Source: Myxococcota bacterium (GTDB lineage Bacteria; Myxococcota_A; UBA796; CAJQPC01). Taken from it: a DNA stretch of 53,205 bases. The DNA lies in assembly GCA_036337845.1 (NCBI GenBank), contig JAYZDK010000098.1, positions 1 through 53,205 on the forward strand, in the 5' to 3' direction. Positions 32,138 to 42,549 of the stretch are shown here, in pieces; within the stretch, counting starts at the first letter, position 1; the number at the start of each line of letters is the position of its first letter. Below the pieces are notes generated by a model. It did no database searches. It had not been told where the DNA came from and saw nothing but the letters and a program-made list of their open reading frames with translations. The translations under genes and the position numbers were made by a program.

Positions 32138-33996
32138 CCCGCAACACCATCGCATGGCTCTCGGGCATGGCCTTTTTGTTTGCCGGCCAACGACTGTATG
32201 CCGGTCATGACACCCTCAGCAGCGGCCTGTCCTTTGCTGGGCTGGGTATCGTGGTTGCCGCCATCGTATTGCGTGCTCTCGCAACCCGTAGCGAAACAGA
32301 CGAGAACTTGAAATCCGCACACCTCCTAGCATTGCGATTCGCCATTCTAGGGCTCGGCGCCGTGGGTGTTTACGCACTGGGTGCAGACAAGACCACCGAG
32401 TTGTTGGGTCTCAGCGAAGACCTCGCCGGAAAATGGAGTGTAATCGCCAGCGCTCTGTGGCCCATCTTGTGGACCTGCTCCACTCTGGTGCTTGTCGCTA
32501 TCGACCACGCGATTCTTGCCTCACCTCGACTGGTTCCGCCTCGTCGCGTCAAGCAGGCCTCCACCGCCGCACTACTCGTTGGATTGGGATTGGCCCTTGT
32601 CTTTCCGATCAACTTCATCGCTTCTGAGCACAACAAGCGCTGGGACCTCACCTACTTTCGAACCGCGTCGCCCGGAGACGCAACACTATCGCTGGTTGAA
32701 AACCTGAACACGCCTGTGAAGGTCACCATCTTTCAGGAGCCCTCCTCTGAGGTGGCCGAAGAACTGCTGGCCTACTTCACGGTACTCGAGGGTCCGAAAC
32801 TCCAACTCGACGTTCTGGACCAGGCCTCCGACCCCGAGCTCTCCAAAGAACTGAAGATTCGAGACAACGGCTACGTTGCCGTGTCCGGGGCTTCGTTGGT
32901 GGAGGGTGAAGAAGAAAAGACCGTCACCAAATCGTTCAAGGTCGGTACCGATCTCGATGCAGCCAAGCGCAAGCTTCAAACCCTCGATGAAGACTTCCAC
33001 AAGATCCTCATCGAGGTCGCCAAAGGCAATCGAGTGGCCTACCTCACCACAGGACACAACGAGTTCAGCACAAAGGGCGGAGACAACGCCTCGGAGAAGC
33101 TGGCCAACCTCAAGCAACTCTTGAAGGCTGTGGGTTTCAAGGTGAAGGAACTCGGACTCAAGGAAGGCTTGGGAGACGAGGTGCCTGAAGACGCAGACAT
33201 TGTGATGGTCGTGGCCCCTCGCGCTCCGTTCCTTGCCTCGGAAGCCGATACGCTGACGAGATATCTGGACCGGGGAGGAAGCCTGTTTGTCGCATTGGAG
33301 CCCGATTTTGGGAGCTCCGATCTGGTCGAGTTCGATCGCGAAGACCCGTTCGACGATGTGCTGTCCGCACTAGGGGTCAAAGCTGGAGAAGGCGTACTGG
33401 CATCTGAGGCGAGCTTCTACATGGAGTCCCGTCGTCCAAGATTGCAGGACAGGGTGAATATCTTCACCACAAGGTTCTCCTCCCACGCCTCCAACACCAC
33501 GTTGTCCAAGTTTGCACGGCGGGGAGCTCGACTGATTCTTCCCTCGGCCGGCCACATCGAAGAGATCGAAGGCTTTTCCGGGAAGGTCACCATCACAGCC
33601 CGCTCGCTGCCTGACAACTGGGCAGACATCGATGGAAACCTGGAACTCAGCGATGGGGAATCCAAGAAGGTACACCCCGTAGCCGCTGCCAGCACTGGCG
33701 GAGAGGGAGACACGGCCTGGCGGGGTATCGTGATCGCCGACGCCACGAGCCTTTCAGACCAGTGGATTCCAAACCCAGGTAACCAACTCTACGTCTACGA
33801 TGCGGTGAACTGGCTTATCGGTGAAGAGTCCACAAGCGGCACCCTTGAGTCAGAAGAAGACGTGAAGATCCAGCACACCCGAGATGACCAGGTCGCTTGG
33901 TTCTACGGAACGATATTCGGCGTCCCCCTCTTGGTATTTGGAGGTGGAGCTTTGCGCCTCAGAAGACGACGTAACCGCCAAGGAGGTGCCGCGTGA
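32134..33996 (+). CDS. GldG-like auxiliary component of an ABC-type transport system
   Basis: The ATG at 32134 overlaps the upstream stop (ATGA). N-terminal TM helices, a large soluble region and a C-terminal TM (VAWFYGTIFGVPLLVFGGGAL) fit the gene order A-F-G. The family call rests on architecture and context. Confidence 0.7.
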   Translation: MTRNTIAWLSGMAFLFAGQRLYAGHDTLSSGLSFAGLGIVVAAIVLRALATRSETDENLKSAHLLALRFAILGLGAVGVYALGADKTTELLGLSEDLAGKWSVIASALWPILWTCSTLVLVAIDHAILASPRLVPPRRVKQASTAALLVGLGLALVFPINFIASEHNKRWDLTYFRTASPGDATLSLVENLNTPVKVTIFQEPSSEVAEELLAYFTVLEGPKLQLDVLDQASDPELSKELKIRDNGYVAVSGASLVEGEEEKTVTKSFKVGTDLDAAKRKLQTLDEDFHKILIEVAKGNRVAYLTTGHNEFSTKGGDNASEKLANLKQLLKAVGFKVKELGLKEGLGDEVPEDADIVMVVAPRAPFLASEADTLTRYLDRGGSLFVALEPDFGSSDLVEFDREDPFDDVLSALGVKAGEGVLASEASFYMESRRPRLQDRVNIFTTRFSSHASNTTLSKFARRGARLILPSAGHIEEIEGFSGKVTITARSLPDNWADIDGNLELSDGESKKVHPVAAASTGGEGDTAWRGIVIADATSLSDQWIPNPGNQLYVYDAVNWLIGEESTSGTLESEEDVKIQHTRDDQVAWFYGTIFGVPLLVFGGGALRLRRRRNRQGGAA

Positions 33997-35051
33997 ACCG
34001 CTCCACCTGGACACACTTTGTTCTTCTCGGGATCGCACTTGCTGCGGCCTACCAATCCTGGAGTTCAGAAGACACCCTCGTAACAGACGACGGTGTCGTG
34101 ATTGTTTCCACCGAGGCCAGTGAGCTCTCGGTGGTCAAATACGAATCCAGCGACAAGCGTCTGACCATGACCTTCAAGGCCGACTCTCAAGGCTCTTACA
34201 TCTGGGTCGACAGTGTCGAAATGAAGCAATCGACCAAACCCAAGGCCCTCCCAGCGGCAGAGGATTCAGAGGAAAACGCGAGCTCCGAGACTGCTGAGGC
34301 GCCACCTTCTCCTGAACCCGTGGTGACGGAGGAGTTGAAGTCCTTCAAGGCCGGCTCCGCAGGCCAAGGGCTTATCGACAAGCTCGCTCCGTTCACAGCC
34401 AAGCGCGAGCTTGTCGACGTGGGTTCGGAAGGGCTGGCCGCCCTGGGGCTTGTTGAACCCGAGGGCACGCTCACCCTCGAGCGCAACAACAAGGCAGCGG
34501 TTGTCATCGAGGTCGGGGGTGAAGCTTACGGCACCCGAGACCGCTACGTACGTGACAAGACCAATGGAAGAATCTACATCGTCGCAGCCGATGTACTGAG
34601 GCCCATGGAGCACGCCAACACACGGCTCCCCGACCGGGATCTGCTGGCCTCCAAACAGCCAGAACTCGTACATCTCTTGATTGAAACGCAAACCGGTAGT
34701 GCCGAGTTCGAACAACGGAATCGTGACGATAGAAAAGCAGCCTATTGGGCCCGAACCAATGCTGAGGCCGAGGATACGGTAGCCACCGGTTGGCTCGACC
34801 GGTTCTTCCGTCTACGCTCTCGGGGCTATGTCCAGGTAGACGAAACCCCCACCGGTCTTGAGCCTCAGTTCACCGTGAAGACAATTGACGAGAACGGTGA
34901 TGCCTTGGCCTTAGAGATTCTCAGCGGGAATAATGAGAATGGCCAGCCGAGCTTCTACGCAAAATCCGACCACACCCGCGAGTTGGTCAAACTGGACAAG
35001 ACACTGGCCTCAGAAACCACTGAAGACCTCAGCGCAGTCATCACCGAATAG
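33993..35051 (+). CDS. DUF4340-like protein (commonly follows GldG-type genes)
   Basis: The GTG start overlaps the upstream stop (GTGA). Single N-terminal TM (WTHFVLLGIALAAAY). The assignment comes from position and size, not from motifs. Confidence 0.5.
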   Translation: MNRSTWTHFVLLGIALAAAYQSWSSEDTLVTDDGVVIVSTEASELSVVKYESSDKRLTMTFKADSQGSYIWVDSVEMKQSTKPKALPAAEDSEENASSETAEAPPSPEPVVTEELKSFKAGSAGQGLIDKLAPFTAKRELVDVGSEGLAALGLVEPEGTLTLERNNKAAVVIEVGGEAYGTRDRYVRDKTNGRIYIVAADVLRPMEHANTRLPDRDLLASKQPELVHLLIETQTGSAEFEQRNRDDRKAAYWARTNAEAEDTVATGWLDRFFRLRSRGYVQVDETPTGLEPQFTVKTIDENGDALALEILSGNNENGQPSFYAKSDHTRELVKLDKTLASETTEDLSAVITE

Positions 35052-35086
35052 GAACAAGCCCTTTCGATTTGCGGAGTGTCACAGAC

Positions 35087-35848
35087 TCAGTCGTCAAAAG
35101 CGCTGACCACTACCACAGTCACGTTGTCTTCCGTGCCACCCTCCAAAGCGGCATTCACAAGCGCCTGTGCAAGGTCTTCCGGGTGTGCAGTGGCGCAGAT
35201 AGCTTGAATCTCTGTGTCCGTCAGTGGGTCGGTCAGGCCATCTGTACACAGCACAAAGAGATCACCATGCTCAATGCCCCGAGTCGTCGCATCGGGGTCA
35301 ACGGGCCCGTGATAGCCCACGCTCTTGGTCAGAATGTTCTTGTGGGGCACAGTACGCGCCAGCTCGGGCGTCAGGCGCCCCGCATCCACTTCTTGCTGGA
35401 CCACGGTGTGGTCGCGCGTCAGGCGTTGGATTTGACCTTCTCGGTACAGGTAGATTCGCGAGTCTCCAACATGGGCCATATGGGCTTGTCCGGACTCCGC
35501 GAGCAACACCACAACCGTAGTTCCCATCCCCGCATGGGTGGGTTCCTTCTCTACCGCCTGCCGGATACGAACAGACGCCTGGTTCATGGCATAACGAAGC
35601 CGCTCGCGAATTCGGTCCGCAGGATCATCCACAGAGACCAGTAAACGGGTCTCGTCGGGGTCTTCCCCTTCCAACATGATTTCGATGATCGATTCGACGG
35701 CGATGCGAGAAGCGACCTCGCCGGCCGCGTGCCCTCCCATTCCGTCCGCCACAATGAACAATCCCGTATCGAGGTCTACACCCCAGGAATCCTCATTGTG
35801 CTCTCTCACCGGACCCGTGTCCGTGGCCGCATAAGATTCAAGTCGCAT
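35087..35848 (-). CDS. PP2C-family Ser/Thr protein phosphatase
   Basis: TDTGPVREHNEDS, FIVADGMGGHAAGEVAS, GTTVV, VGDSRIYL, LCTDGL and TEDNVTVVVV are the canonical PPM motifs. Confidence 0.9.
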   Translation of the reverse strand: MRLESYAATDTGPVREHNEDSWGVDLDTGLFIVADGMGGHAAGEVASRIAVESIIEIMLEGEDPDETRLLVSVDDPADRIRERLRYAMNQASVRIRQAVEKEPTHAGMGTTVVVLLAESGQAHMAHVGDSRIYLYREGQIQRLTRDHTVVQQEVDAGRLTPELARTVPHKNILTKSVGYHGPVDPDATTRGIEHGDLFVLCTDGLTDPLTDTEIQAICATAHPEDLAQALVNAALEGGTEDNVTVVVVSAFDD

Positions 35849-35970
35849 AGGATTCTACTTACCACGGGTTGCAGCCAGGGCTACGTCCTATATCCTTTGC
35901 TGGCGATGTTTTTCCTGTGCAGTTTGGCTTCCAAGCTGGATTTGTTCAATCCCCATCCCGACATGTTTTT

Positions 35971-38900
35971 ATGAGTAGCGCCAACCGCCTGATCGGTGCC
36001 GAGGTCGGCTCCTATACCGTTGTCGACCGACTCGGTCAGGGGGGAATGGCCACCGTGTTTGAGGTCAAACACAAGGAAACCGGCGCCACGCGAGCCTTGA
36101 AGCTGATTCATCCAGGCGTTCAAGATGAAGAAGCGATGACGCGGTTCAATGCCGAGTTTCAGGTGCTCTCTCAACTCAGCCATCCCAACATCACCCGAGT
36201 GTTGGAAGCCGGGTCCTGGAATGACCAGTCCTACTTCGTCATGGAAAAGCTGCAGGGTCAGGACCTGCGCTCCGAGGTGAAGTCCTGGAAAGACATCCCT
36301 CCGGCCGAGCGCTTTTCGAGGACCGAGAACATTCTGGTTCAACTCGTCGGCGCATTGGCCTACATCCATGACCGGGGCTTGATTCACCGGGACGTGTCCC
36401 CCAGCAACATCATGGTGGCTCCAGATGGCTCCGTAAAGCTCATGGACTTCGGCGTGGTGAAGGCACCTGGCCGAGAGGTCACAGCCGTAGGTGAAATGGT
36501 CGGAACTGTGGCCTACATGGCACCCGAACAGATCTCCGGTGACGAGGTGGACTCCAGAGCCGACCTGTACTCTCTGGGAACCGTTCTCTACTTGATGCTC
36601 ACCGGAAAGCGCCCGTTCAACGCACGCACACTCGCCGGATACCTGGAGAAGCACCTGAACCTCCCCCCCCGTCCACCGCGCGAGGTCGACCCGTTTGTTC
36701 CGGCCCGCCTCGACAACATCTGCTTGCGCCTCCTGGAGAAGTCGCCCAGAGACCGCTTTGGTTCGGCGAACCACCTGCTGGCCATACTGGATCGCCACCT
36801 CGCGGGCTTGGAACACATCGATCTCTCGTGCTGGCCCCCTCGCCTGGTCGGTCGGACCAGTGCGACTGCGCACCTTCTGGAAGGCCTTTCCAACGTCTCA
36901 GCGGGTCGGGGAAGCGCCCTGGTTATCGAAGGGACCGCCGGGTTTGGAAAGTCGCGTTTGCTGGCCGACGTGATGGAGCGCGCAATGGAGAGAAACCTCC
37001 CGGTTTCCTCTCACATCTGCATTCCGGACAAGCGTGAGTACGGAGCATTTCAAGAAATCGTCGAATCCCTGGAGCCTGACCGGTCTCAGCTTCCTCCTGC
37101 GTTGATTACCGCTTTTTTTGACGGCGAAAGCGAAGTGGAACGCTACGCGGTGCACGCCGCTGTCCGGGATTTGTTGCGAGAGAAAGGACCACGAGTCTTG
37201 GTACTCGATGACCTTGATAGCGCAGACCGCGGTAGCCAGGAGCTTTTGGTATTTCTCCTCCGCAATCATCTTGAACTCGCCAACGATCCTATTTTGTTCG
37301 TGCTGGCCCGCTGCCCACCCTCCAGCCTCGACATCTTTGCAGACATGCTCTCCGACGAAGACTTCGAATTCGAGCGGGTTCGGCTCCAACATCTGGGCAT
37401 CACCGATGTCGAAGAGCTTCTCGCCCAGTTGATTCCAGCAGACGATAGAGGCAGAAAACTCGCGGAACGGCTGCAGAGAGAGGGAGAAGGCAACCCCACA
37501 TTCATCGCCGAGATGATTCGCGGACTGGTCGAAGAAGGCATCATCCAGATCACGGAGGAGGATGTCTATGAGCTGACCATTCCCATGGAGGAGCTGACGC
37601 GGATTCAACTGCCTCTGCCCACCAACATTCGGGAAGCACTTCGAGAGAGACTGCTGCCTCTATCCAAGAAGGCGCGAGCCTTTGCCTGTATGCTCGCAAT
37701 CTGCAGACAAGAAGTCACGCTGGAGTTGATGATCGAGACCCTTGGGGAAACCGAGGATGACGCACTCGATCGTGTCGAGGAGCTTCTCAATGCAGGCGTC
37801 GCACGGCAACGAACTGCGGGTACCGATGAACTATTCGTGCTCTCTCGACCCCGACTCCGAGACCTGCTCCTCGAAGAAATGGGACCGGAGAACCGCGCCA
37901 TCCTTCACCGGCGAGCCGGTAGCGCGATGGAGCGGATCTTCAGACATCGAGTGGCCATGGTCGTAGACGAGTTGGCCTGGCATTTCGAACAAGGACAAAT
38001 CCCCGCAAAGGCCTACCCCTACCTCATTCGAGCCGGCGAGCGATTGCAGGCGCGTTCTTTCGTCCCGGAAGCCCTGGAGTGCTACGAACGAGCCCTCTCC
38101 ATCGAAGCGGAAGCCCGTGAATTCCTAGTCTTGGATGACGCCGACCGAAGACTCGCCGATCTTCGACTTAAACGCGGGCTGGCCCTCTACCACATGGGGG
38201 CTTGGACCCAAGCCTGTGAAGAACTGGAGCGCTCAGACAGCCTGGCCAGGACCCTCGAAGATGCGAGGCTCCAATGTCGAACGGCCTGTGAGTTGGGCAA
38301 CTTCTTCCGCAGACAGCACCGCCTGGACGAGGCCTCCACCAATCTATCCGAAGCCTTGCTTCTCGCGGATCGTGTCGGTGATCCCAAGCTTCGGGTGGGT
38401 CCCCTGCACGGACTGGCGAGCCTGCACTGGTCCCGGGGAGACCTCGACGCCTCTCGACGGTACTCCCTGGATTGCCTGACGGTGGCCGGAAACATCGGTG
38501 ATGACCGTGCTCTAGGAGACGGCTACAACGGGCTGGGGCTTGTGGCTATCTGCCGTGGCCAGTCCGCGGAAGCTCGCAAATACCTCGATCAGGCAATTCA
38601 GATTTTCGAACGCCTCGGGGTAATCAGTGCCCTGGCTGTGACGCGAATCAACCTGGCCGAGCTTTCTCAATGTACCGGGAATCTACGCAAAGCAATGCAG
38701 CTTGCGGACAAGACCATTGCGCAAGCCCGAGAAGTGCAACACCTGATGGGAATCGCCTTGGGGCTGCGCTACCGATCCATGGTTCTTGTAGACCTGGGCC
38801 GCCTCCCTGATGCCGAAGACAATGCCCGAGAAGCACTTCGGATCACCCAGGAAATCGGAGATGTGGAAGATGAACTCGGCGCACTGATCAGCCTGGTTCG

Positions 38901-39402
38901 AATCCGCCTGGCCAAGGCGCACTATGGAGAGGCCCAGAACGAGCTTGCACGCGCATTGAGCCTGGCCGAGTCCTGTGACGTGGAAGGCTACATGCCCTTG
39001 TTGTGGTCCTGGCTATCCAGATGTCAGGCCGAGCAGGGCTATCTCACGGAAGCCGTGTCCTCACTGGAGCGCGCGAACAACGTTGTCGGTCGAGCCTGGC
39101 CTCACCAACTCTGCCGACTGCACATCACCTCCGCCAGAGCCTTGGCCGCCGCAGGCAAGACCGAGGAAGCCGCAGAACGAGCCGAGCAAGGACTACAACT
39201 CGCAGACGCCTCCGGTTACCGACTCTATGCACTCAAGGCACATACAATCATCGCCGACACAACCAGCAGCCAAGCCAACGAAGCCATGCATCGCCGTGTG
39301 GCTCACGCACTCGCTCGTTCCTTGTCTGCGAACCTGTCACGTGACGATGCCTCCTCCTTCCTCGCCCAATATGGAATCGCCCACCCAGGGGCCTCAGAAT
39401 GA
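35971..39402 (+). CDS. Ser/Thr protein kinase fused to a STAND/AAA_16-type ATPase and TPR repeats (paralogue 1)
   Basis: The ATG at 35971 gives MSSANRLIGAEVGSYTVVDRLGQGGMATVF. VAIK-like RALKL, catalytic loop HRDVSPSN, DFG (LMDFG), APE (YMAPE). Intact Walker A GTAGFGKS at 36931-36954. The C-terminal ~500 aa are TPR-like. Confidence 0.9.
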   Translation: MSSANRLIGAEVGSYTVVDRLGQGGMATVFEVKHKETGATRALKLIHPGVQDEEAMTRFNAEFQVLSQLSHPNITRVLEAGSWNDQSYFVMEKLQGQDLRSEVKSWKDIPPAERFSRTENILVQLVGALAYIHDRGLIHRDVSPSNIMVAPDGSVKLMDFGVVKAPGREVTAVGEMVGTVAYMAPEQISGDEVDSRADLYSLGTVLYLMLTGKRPFNARTLAGYLEKHLNLPPRPPREVDPFVPARLDNICLRLLEKSPRDRFGSANHLLAILDRHLAGLEHIDLSCWPPRLVGRTSATAHLLEGLSNVSAGRGSALVIEGTAGFGKSRLLADVMERAMERNLPVSSHICIPDKREYGAFQEIVESLEPDRSQLPPALITAFFDGESEVERYAVHAAVRDLLREKGPRVLVLDDLDSADRGSQELLVFLLRNHLELANDPILFVLARCPPSSLDIFADMLSDEDFEFERVRLQHLGITDVEELLAQLIPADDRGRKLAERLQREGEGNPTFIAEMIRGLVEEGIIQITEEDVYELTIPMEELTRIQLPLPTNIREALRERLLPLSKKARAFACMLAICRQEVTLELMIETLGETEDDALDRVEELLNAGVARQRTAGTDELFVLSRPRLRDLLLEEMGPENRAILHRRAGSAMERIFRHRVAMVVDELAWHFEQGQIPAKAYPYLIRAGERLQARSFVPEALECYERALSIEAEAREFLVLDDADRRLADLRLKRGLALYHMGAWTQACEELERSDSLARTLEDARLQCRTACELGNFFRRQHRLDEASTNLSEALLLADRVGDPKLRVGPLHGLASLHWSRGDLDASRRYSLDCLTVAGNIGDDRALGDGYNGLGLVAICRGQSAEARKYLDQAIQIFERLGVISALAVTRINLAELSQCTGNLRKAMQLADKTIAQAREVQHLMGIALGLRYRSMVLVDLGRLPDAEDNAREALRITQEIGDVEDELGALISLVRIRLAKAHYGEAQNELARALSLAESCDVEGYMPLLWSWLSRCQAEQGYLTEAVSSLERANNVVGRAWPHQLCRLHITSARALAAAGKTEEAAERAEQGLQLADASGYRLYALKAHTIIADTTSSQANEAMHRRVAHALARSLSANLSRDDASSFLAQYGIAHPGASE

Positions 39403-42400
39403 GACCTCCGGTCACCCCTCCCAAAGTCGGCGATACCCTCGGGGAATACACCCTGGAGAGCCGATTGGGAGCAGGCGGGAATGCAACCGTATTCCGCGCC
39501 AAGGACTCCGATGGAAACACCGTAGCCCTCAAAGTGCTCCATCCAGGTCACCTGTCCGATGAAGACCTCGGCCGATTCAAAAGGGAATATGAAGCCCTCC
39601 AGCTCATCGATCATCCTCAGATCGTCCACGTGTATCGAACCGGGGAAATGGACGGGCAGCGCTGGCTGGCCATGGAGTATATCGACGGAGTCGATCTGGG
39701 CACGCTAGCCGAGAGATGGCAAACCAATCCTCCGGAAGACCGCTGGGAACAATCCGAAAAGATCTTTCGCGGCTTATGCCACGCCCTGATCTACCTGCAC
39801 GGAAAAGGCATCGTGCATCGGGACATCAAGCCTTCCAACGTCCTGGTAGACAAAAACGGCGTGCCCAAACTGATGGACTTCGGTGTGGTCAAGGCACCCG
39901 ACGTCTTCAGTACGGCACTGACCGTAGCGGGCAGGCTTGTCGGCACTGTTGCGTTCATGTCGCCCGAGCAGATTACCGGTGAACCAGTAGACAAACGAAC
40001 AGACCTCTACTCCCTCGGAGCTGTCCTCTACGTACTACTGACAGGCAAACGCCCGATCATCGCAGACACCATTGCAGCCTACCTGGCCCGACAACTGTCC
40101 CAGGAACCCAGACGCCCCGCACTCATCGACCCACAGGTGCCAGCCATTCTGGATCGTATCTGTACCCGGCTTCTGAGAAAGGAGTCCTCTCAGCGATTTG
40201 CCTCTGCAGAAGAAGTGCTCTCCGCTCTCGACAGCGGGGAAGCCGACGAACGGCCTCCCCTCTACGGGAGAGACTCCGCTAGCGGAAGAATCCGAGCACT
40301 ACTGGACCTCTTGGAGGATGGCGGATGCCATGTCCTGGGACTCGTGGGCAAGAAGGGAGCCGGACTCTCGGCGATGATTCGAGAGGCTCAAGCTCAAGCT
40401 CAAGAGCAAGGCCGTGCATTCAGCGTTGTCGACCCCCAAAAAGGCTTGGCAGAGGCCGTCTCCAGAAGACCCGAGACAGGTCCCTGGCTCCTGCTTGCTG
40501 ACGGACTGGACCGCATCCCAGAATGGGAGGTGCGCGACCTTTCCACACTATTCGATGCGCCCAAGAACCCGATCGGGCTGATCTTCACCGCCCAAGCTCA
40601 TACGGGCGAAATGGAGTTGACCATACGAAACCTGGGCGTTCGGGAGCTTCTTGCGCTGCCCTTTGCTCGCACAGAGCTCCTGCCTCCCCTGGACCGTGGA
40701 GACATCATCTCTCTCTTGAGAGACCGAGGACTCTCCTCGACCGTCGCAGCCCTGTTGGGAAAGCGTCTGCACGAAGAGTTCGGCGGTTATCCAGCGCTGT
40801 TGGTCGAACAACTCGACGCCCTAGTCAACGAAGGCTGGCTCGAACGAAAGGACTCCGGGGGACTGAAACCCGCACAAAAGCTCGACCGTCTCCGCAAAGA
40901 CCCCCTCCCTCTACCCGAAGCCGTTCGCATCGAGTTGGAACACTCTCTAATGGGCCTGGAGGCCGAGGAGCGCTCGCAACTCATGCTGTTGGCAGTCCTG
41001 GGTGGGGAAGCCTCCACCGACCTTCTGGGACGACTGGCTGGATTGGGTGTCGATCGATTGGGGCGTCTACAAAGAAACGGGCTTGTAGAAGTACAGGAAG
41101 AAGGTCTCCACAAGCTGATGAAGCTCTCCAGTCCAAGACTGAGGCAAGTACTGCTAGAAGACCTCAAGCCCAGCGAACGAGCACGATTGCACCTAGAAGT
41201 AGCCGAAGCCCTGGCCACCACAAACCCGCGACGCCTCGGCCCGCTCGCAGAGGTTGTCGCCGAGCACTTTCTATCCGCAAACTGTCCGGCCCGAGCATGG
41301 CCCTTACTGGTAGAAGCCGCACAGCGGGGAATTCGTAGAAATCACTTCCCCCAAGTACTCAGCCTGACTCGCAGAGCACTCGAGGCCGCGGACTCCATGG
41401 ATACGGCCCCCCTCGATGCCGAGACAACCGCGCTACACCAGAGAACCCTCTCGCTTAGGGGTCGTGCAATGCTGGCCACAGGCCGCTTTCACGAGGCCCG
41501 CAATTGTCTGAAAGAAGCTCTGGAGATCGGCCTTTCCACAGAAGGCCGTGAAGGACGAAACACCCGAGCCGCGCTGGGAGCAGCCCTGGTAGAGACCGCC
41601 GAGAGCGAAGAGGCGGCCATCATCTTGGAACCACTCCTGGAGGAACTCGAGCCCGGAGACCCCGTAAGGTTTCAAACCGTGCGGGCCTTAGGCCATGCCA
41701 TGCGTCTCCAAGGCCGCCTCGAAGAAGCACTACAGGTTTGGGAAAATGGCTGCGAAGCCGCTCGCCAGCAGGGGCTACTGGAACAAGAAGGCCTATGTCT
41801 TCTCGGATTTGGCCAGACCCTCAAGATCGCCGGCCGTCTTCCAGAAGCTCGAAAGTCACTCCAATCCGCCGAAAATCGCCTCCGTGTTCGAGACTCCAGA
41901 GAGTTGGCGAGTTGTCTTGTGGAACTCGGGGATCTGGATCTCCTGGATGGCTCCTATCGACGCGCACTGGCCCGGGCAGAAGACGCCAGCGCCATCGCAC
42001 AACAAATCGATGACCTCGGCCTATCCGCTGACAGTCTGGTTCTCTGTGCTTCCGCATTGGAAGCGGTGGGCATGGAACGTGATGCTCGCCGCCTGTCTGC
42101 AGAGGCCGATGGACTCCGCCGCGCCCAAGAAGCCGAGGGCCCACTACCAACCTCCAGCATCATTCCCGCTCACGACCAAGTTCGCACCGCCATCTCCGAA
42201 GCTCACCAATACATGTCCACGGACAATTCGGAAGCCGCGCAGGAATGCCTGGAAGCCGCCATCCAAAATCTTCCCGAGAGCGGATGCCGGGGATTGGAAC
42301 TTCAAGTCACTGCAAGGCTCGCGAAACTATCGGAAAATCAGGTGTATCGAGAGCGAGCTACTGAACTGGCCCGCGTGATCATGGACACTCTGCCCCCCGA

Positions 42401-42452
42401 GCTCGCTGCAGCATTTGGCGCAAGAGAAGAGCTCGCGGAGTTACTGGGGTAG
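39399..42452 (+). CDS. Ser/Thr protein kinase fused to a STAND-like module (degenerate P-loop) and TPR repeats (paralogue 2)
   Basis: ATGA overlap with paralogue 1. GAGGNATVF, VALKV, HRDIKPSN, LMDFG, FMSPE. The Walker A position reads GKKGAGLS (40347-40370). Confidence 0.9.
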   Translation: MRPPVTPPKVGDTLGEYTLESRLGAGGNATVFRAKDSDGNTVALKVLHPGHLSDEDLGRFKREYEALQLIDHPQIVHVYRTGEMDGQRWLAMEYIDGVDLGTLAERWQTNPPEDRWEQSEKIFRGLCHALIYLHGKGIVHRDIKPSNVLVDKNGVPKLMDFGVVKAPDVFSTALTVAGRLVGTVAFMSPEQITGEPVDKRTDLYSLGAVLYVLLTGKRPIIADTIAAYLARQLSQEPRRPALIDPQVPAILDRICTRLLRKESSQRFASAEEVLSALDSGEADERPPLYGRDSASGRIRALLDLLEDGGCHVLGLVGKKGAGLSAMIREAQAQAQEQGRAFSVVDPQKGLAEAVSRRPETGPWLLLADGLDRIPEWEVRDLSTLFDAPKNPIGLIFTAQAHTGEMELTIRNLGVRELLALPFARTELLPPLDRGDIISLLRDRGLSSTVAALLGKRLHEEFGGYPALLVEQLDALVNEGWLERKDSGGLKPAQKLDRLRKDPLPLPEAVRIELEHSLMGLEAEERSQLMLLAVLGGEASTDLLGRLAGLGVDRLGRLQRNGLVEVQEEGLHKLMKLSSPRLRQVLLEDLKPSERARLHLEVAEALATTNPRRLGPLAEVVAEHFLSANCPARAWPLLVEAAQRGIRRNHFPQVLSLTRRALEAADSMDTAPLDAETTALHQRTLSLRGRAMLATGRFHEARNCLKEALEIGLSTEGREGRNTRAALGAALVETAESEEAAIILEPLLEELEPGDPVRFQTVRALGHAMRLQGRLEEALQVWENGCEAARQQGLLEQEGLCLLGFGQTLKIAGRLPEARKSLQSAENRLRVRDSRELASCLVELGDLDLLDGSYRRALARAEDASAIAQQIDDLGLSADSLVLCASALEAVGMERDARRLSAEADGLRRAQEAEGPLPTSSIIPAHDQVRTAISEAHQYMSTDNSEAAQECLEAAIQNLPESGCRGLELQVTARLAKLSENQVYRERATELARVIMDTLPPELAAAFGAREELAELLG

Positions 42453-42549
42453 TAGTTCACCCCTAGTCTCGGATAGGCTGGGTGCGTTACTCGAGGCACC
42501 TGTGGCCCAACAGGACCCCCCCGGACAAGACGTCACCGCCCACCTTCAA

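Noticed and set aside
35881-36873. 330-aa minus-strand ORF inside kinase paralogue 1. Similar long antisense ORFs: 44793..45701, 36898..37608, 2549..3367, 20531..21067 and 22868..23455
   Set aside because: All lie opposite genes with strong family motifs. Their translations are Arg/Gly/Pro-rich low-complexity sequence typical of antisense frames in high-GC genomes. No independent support.
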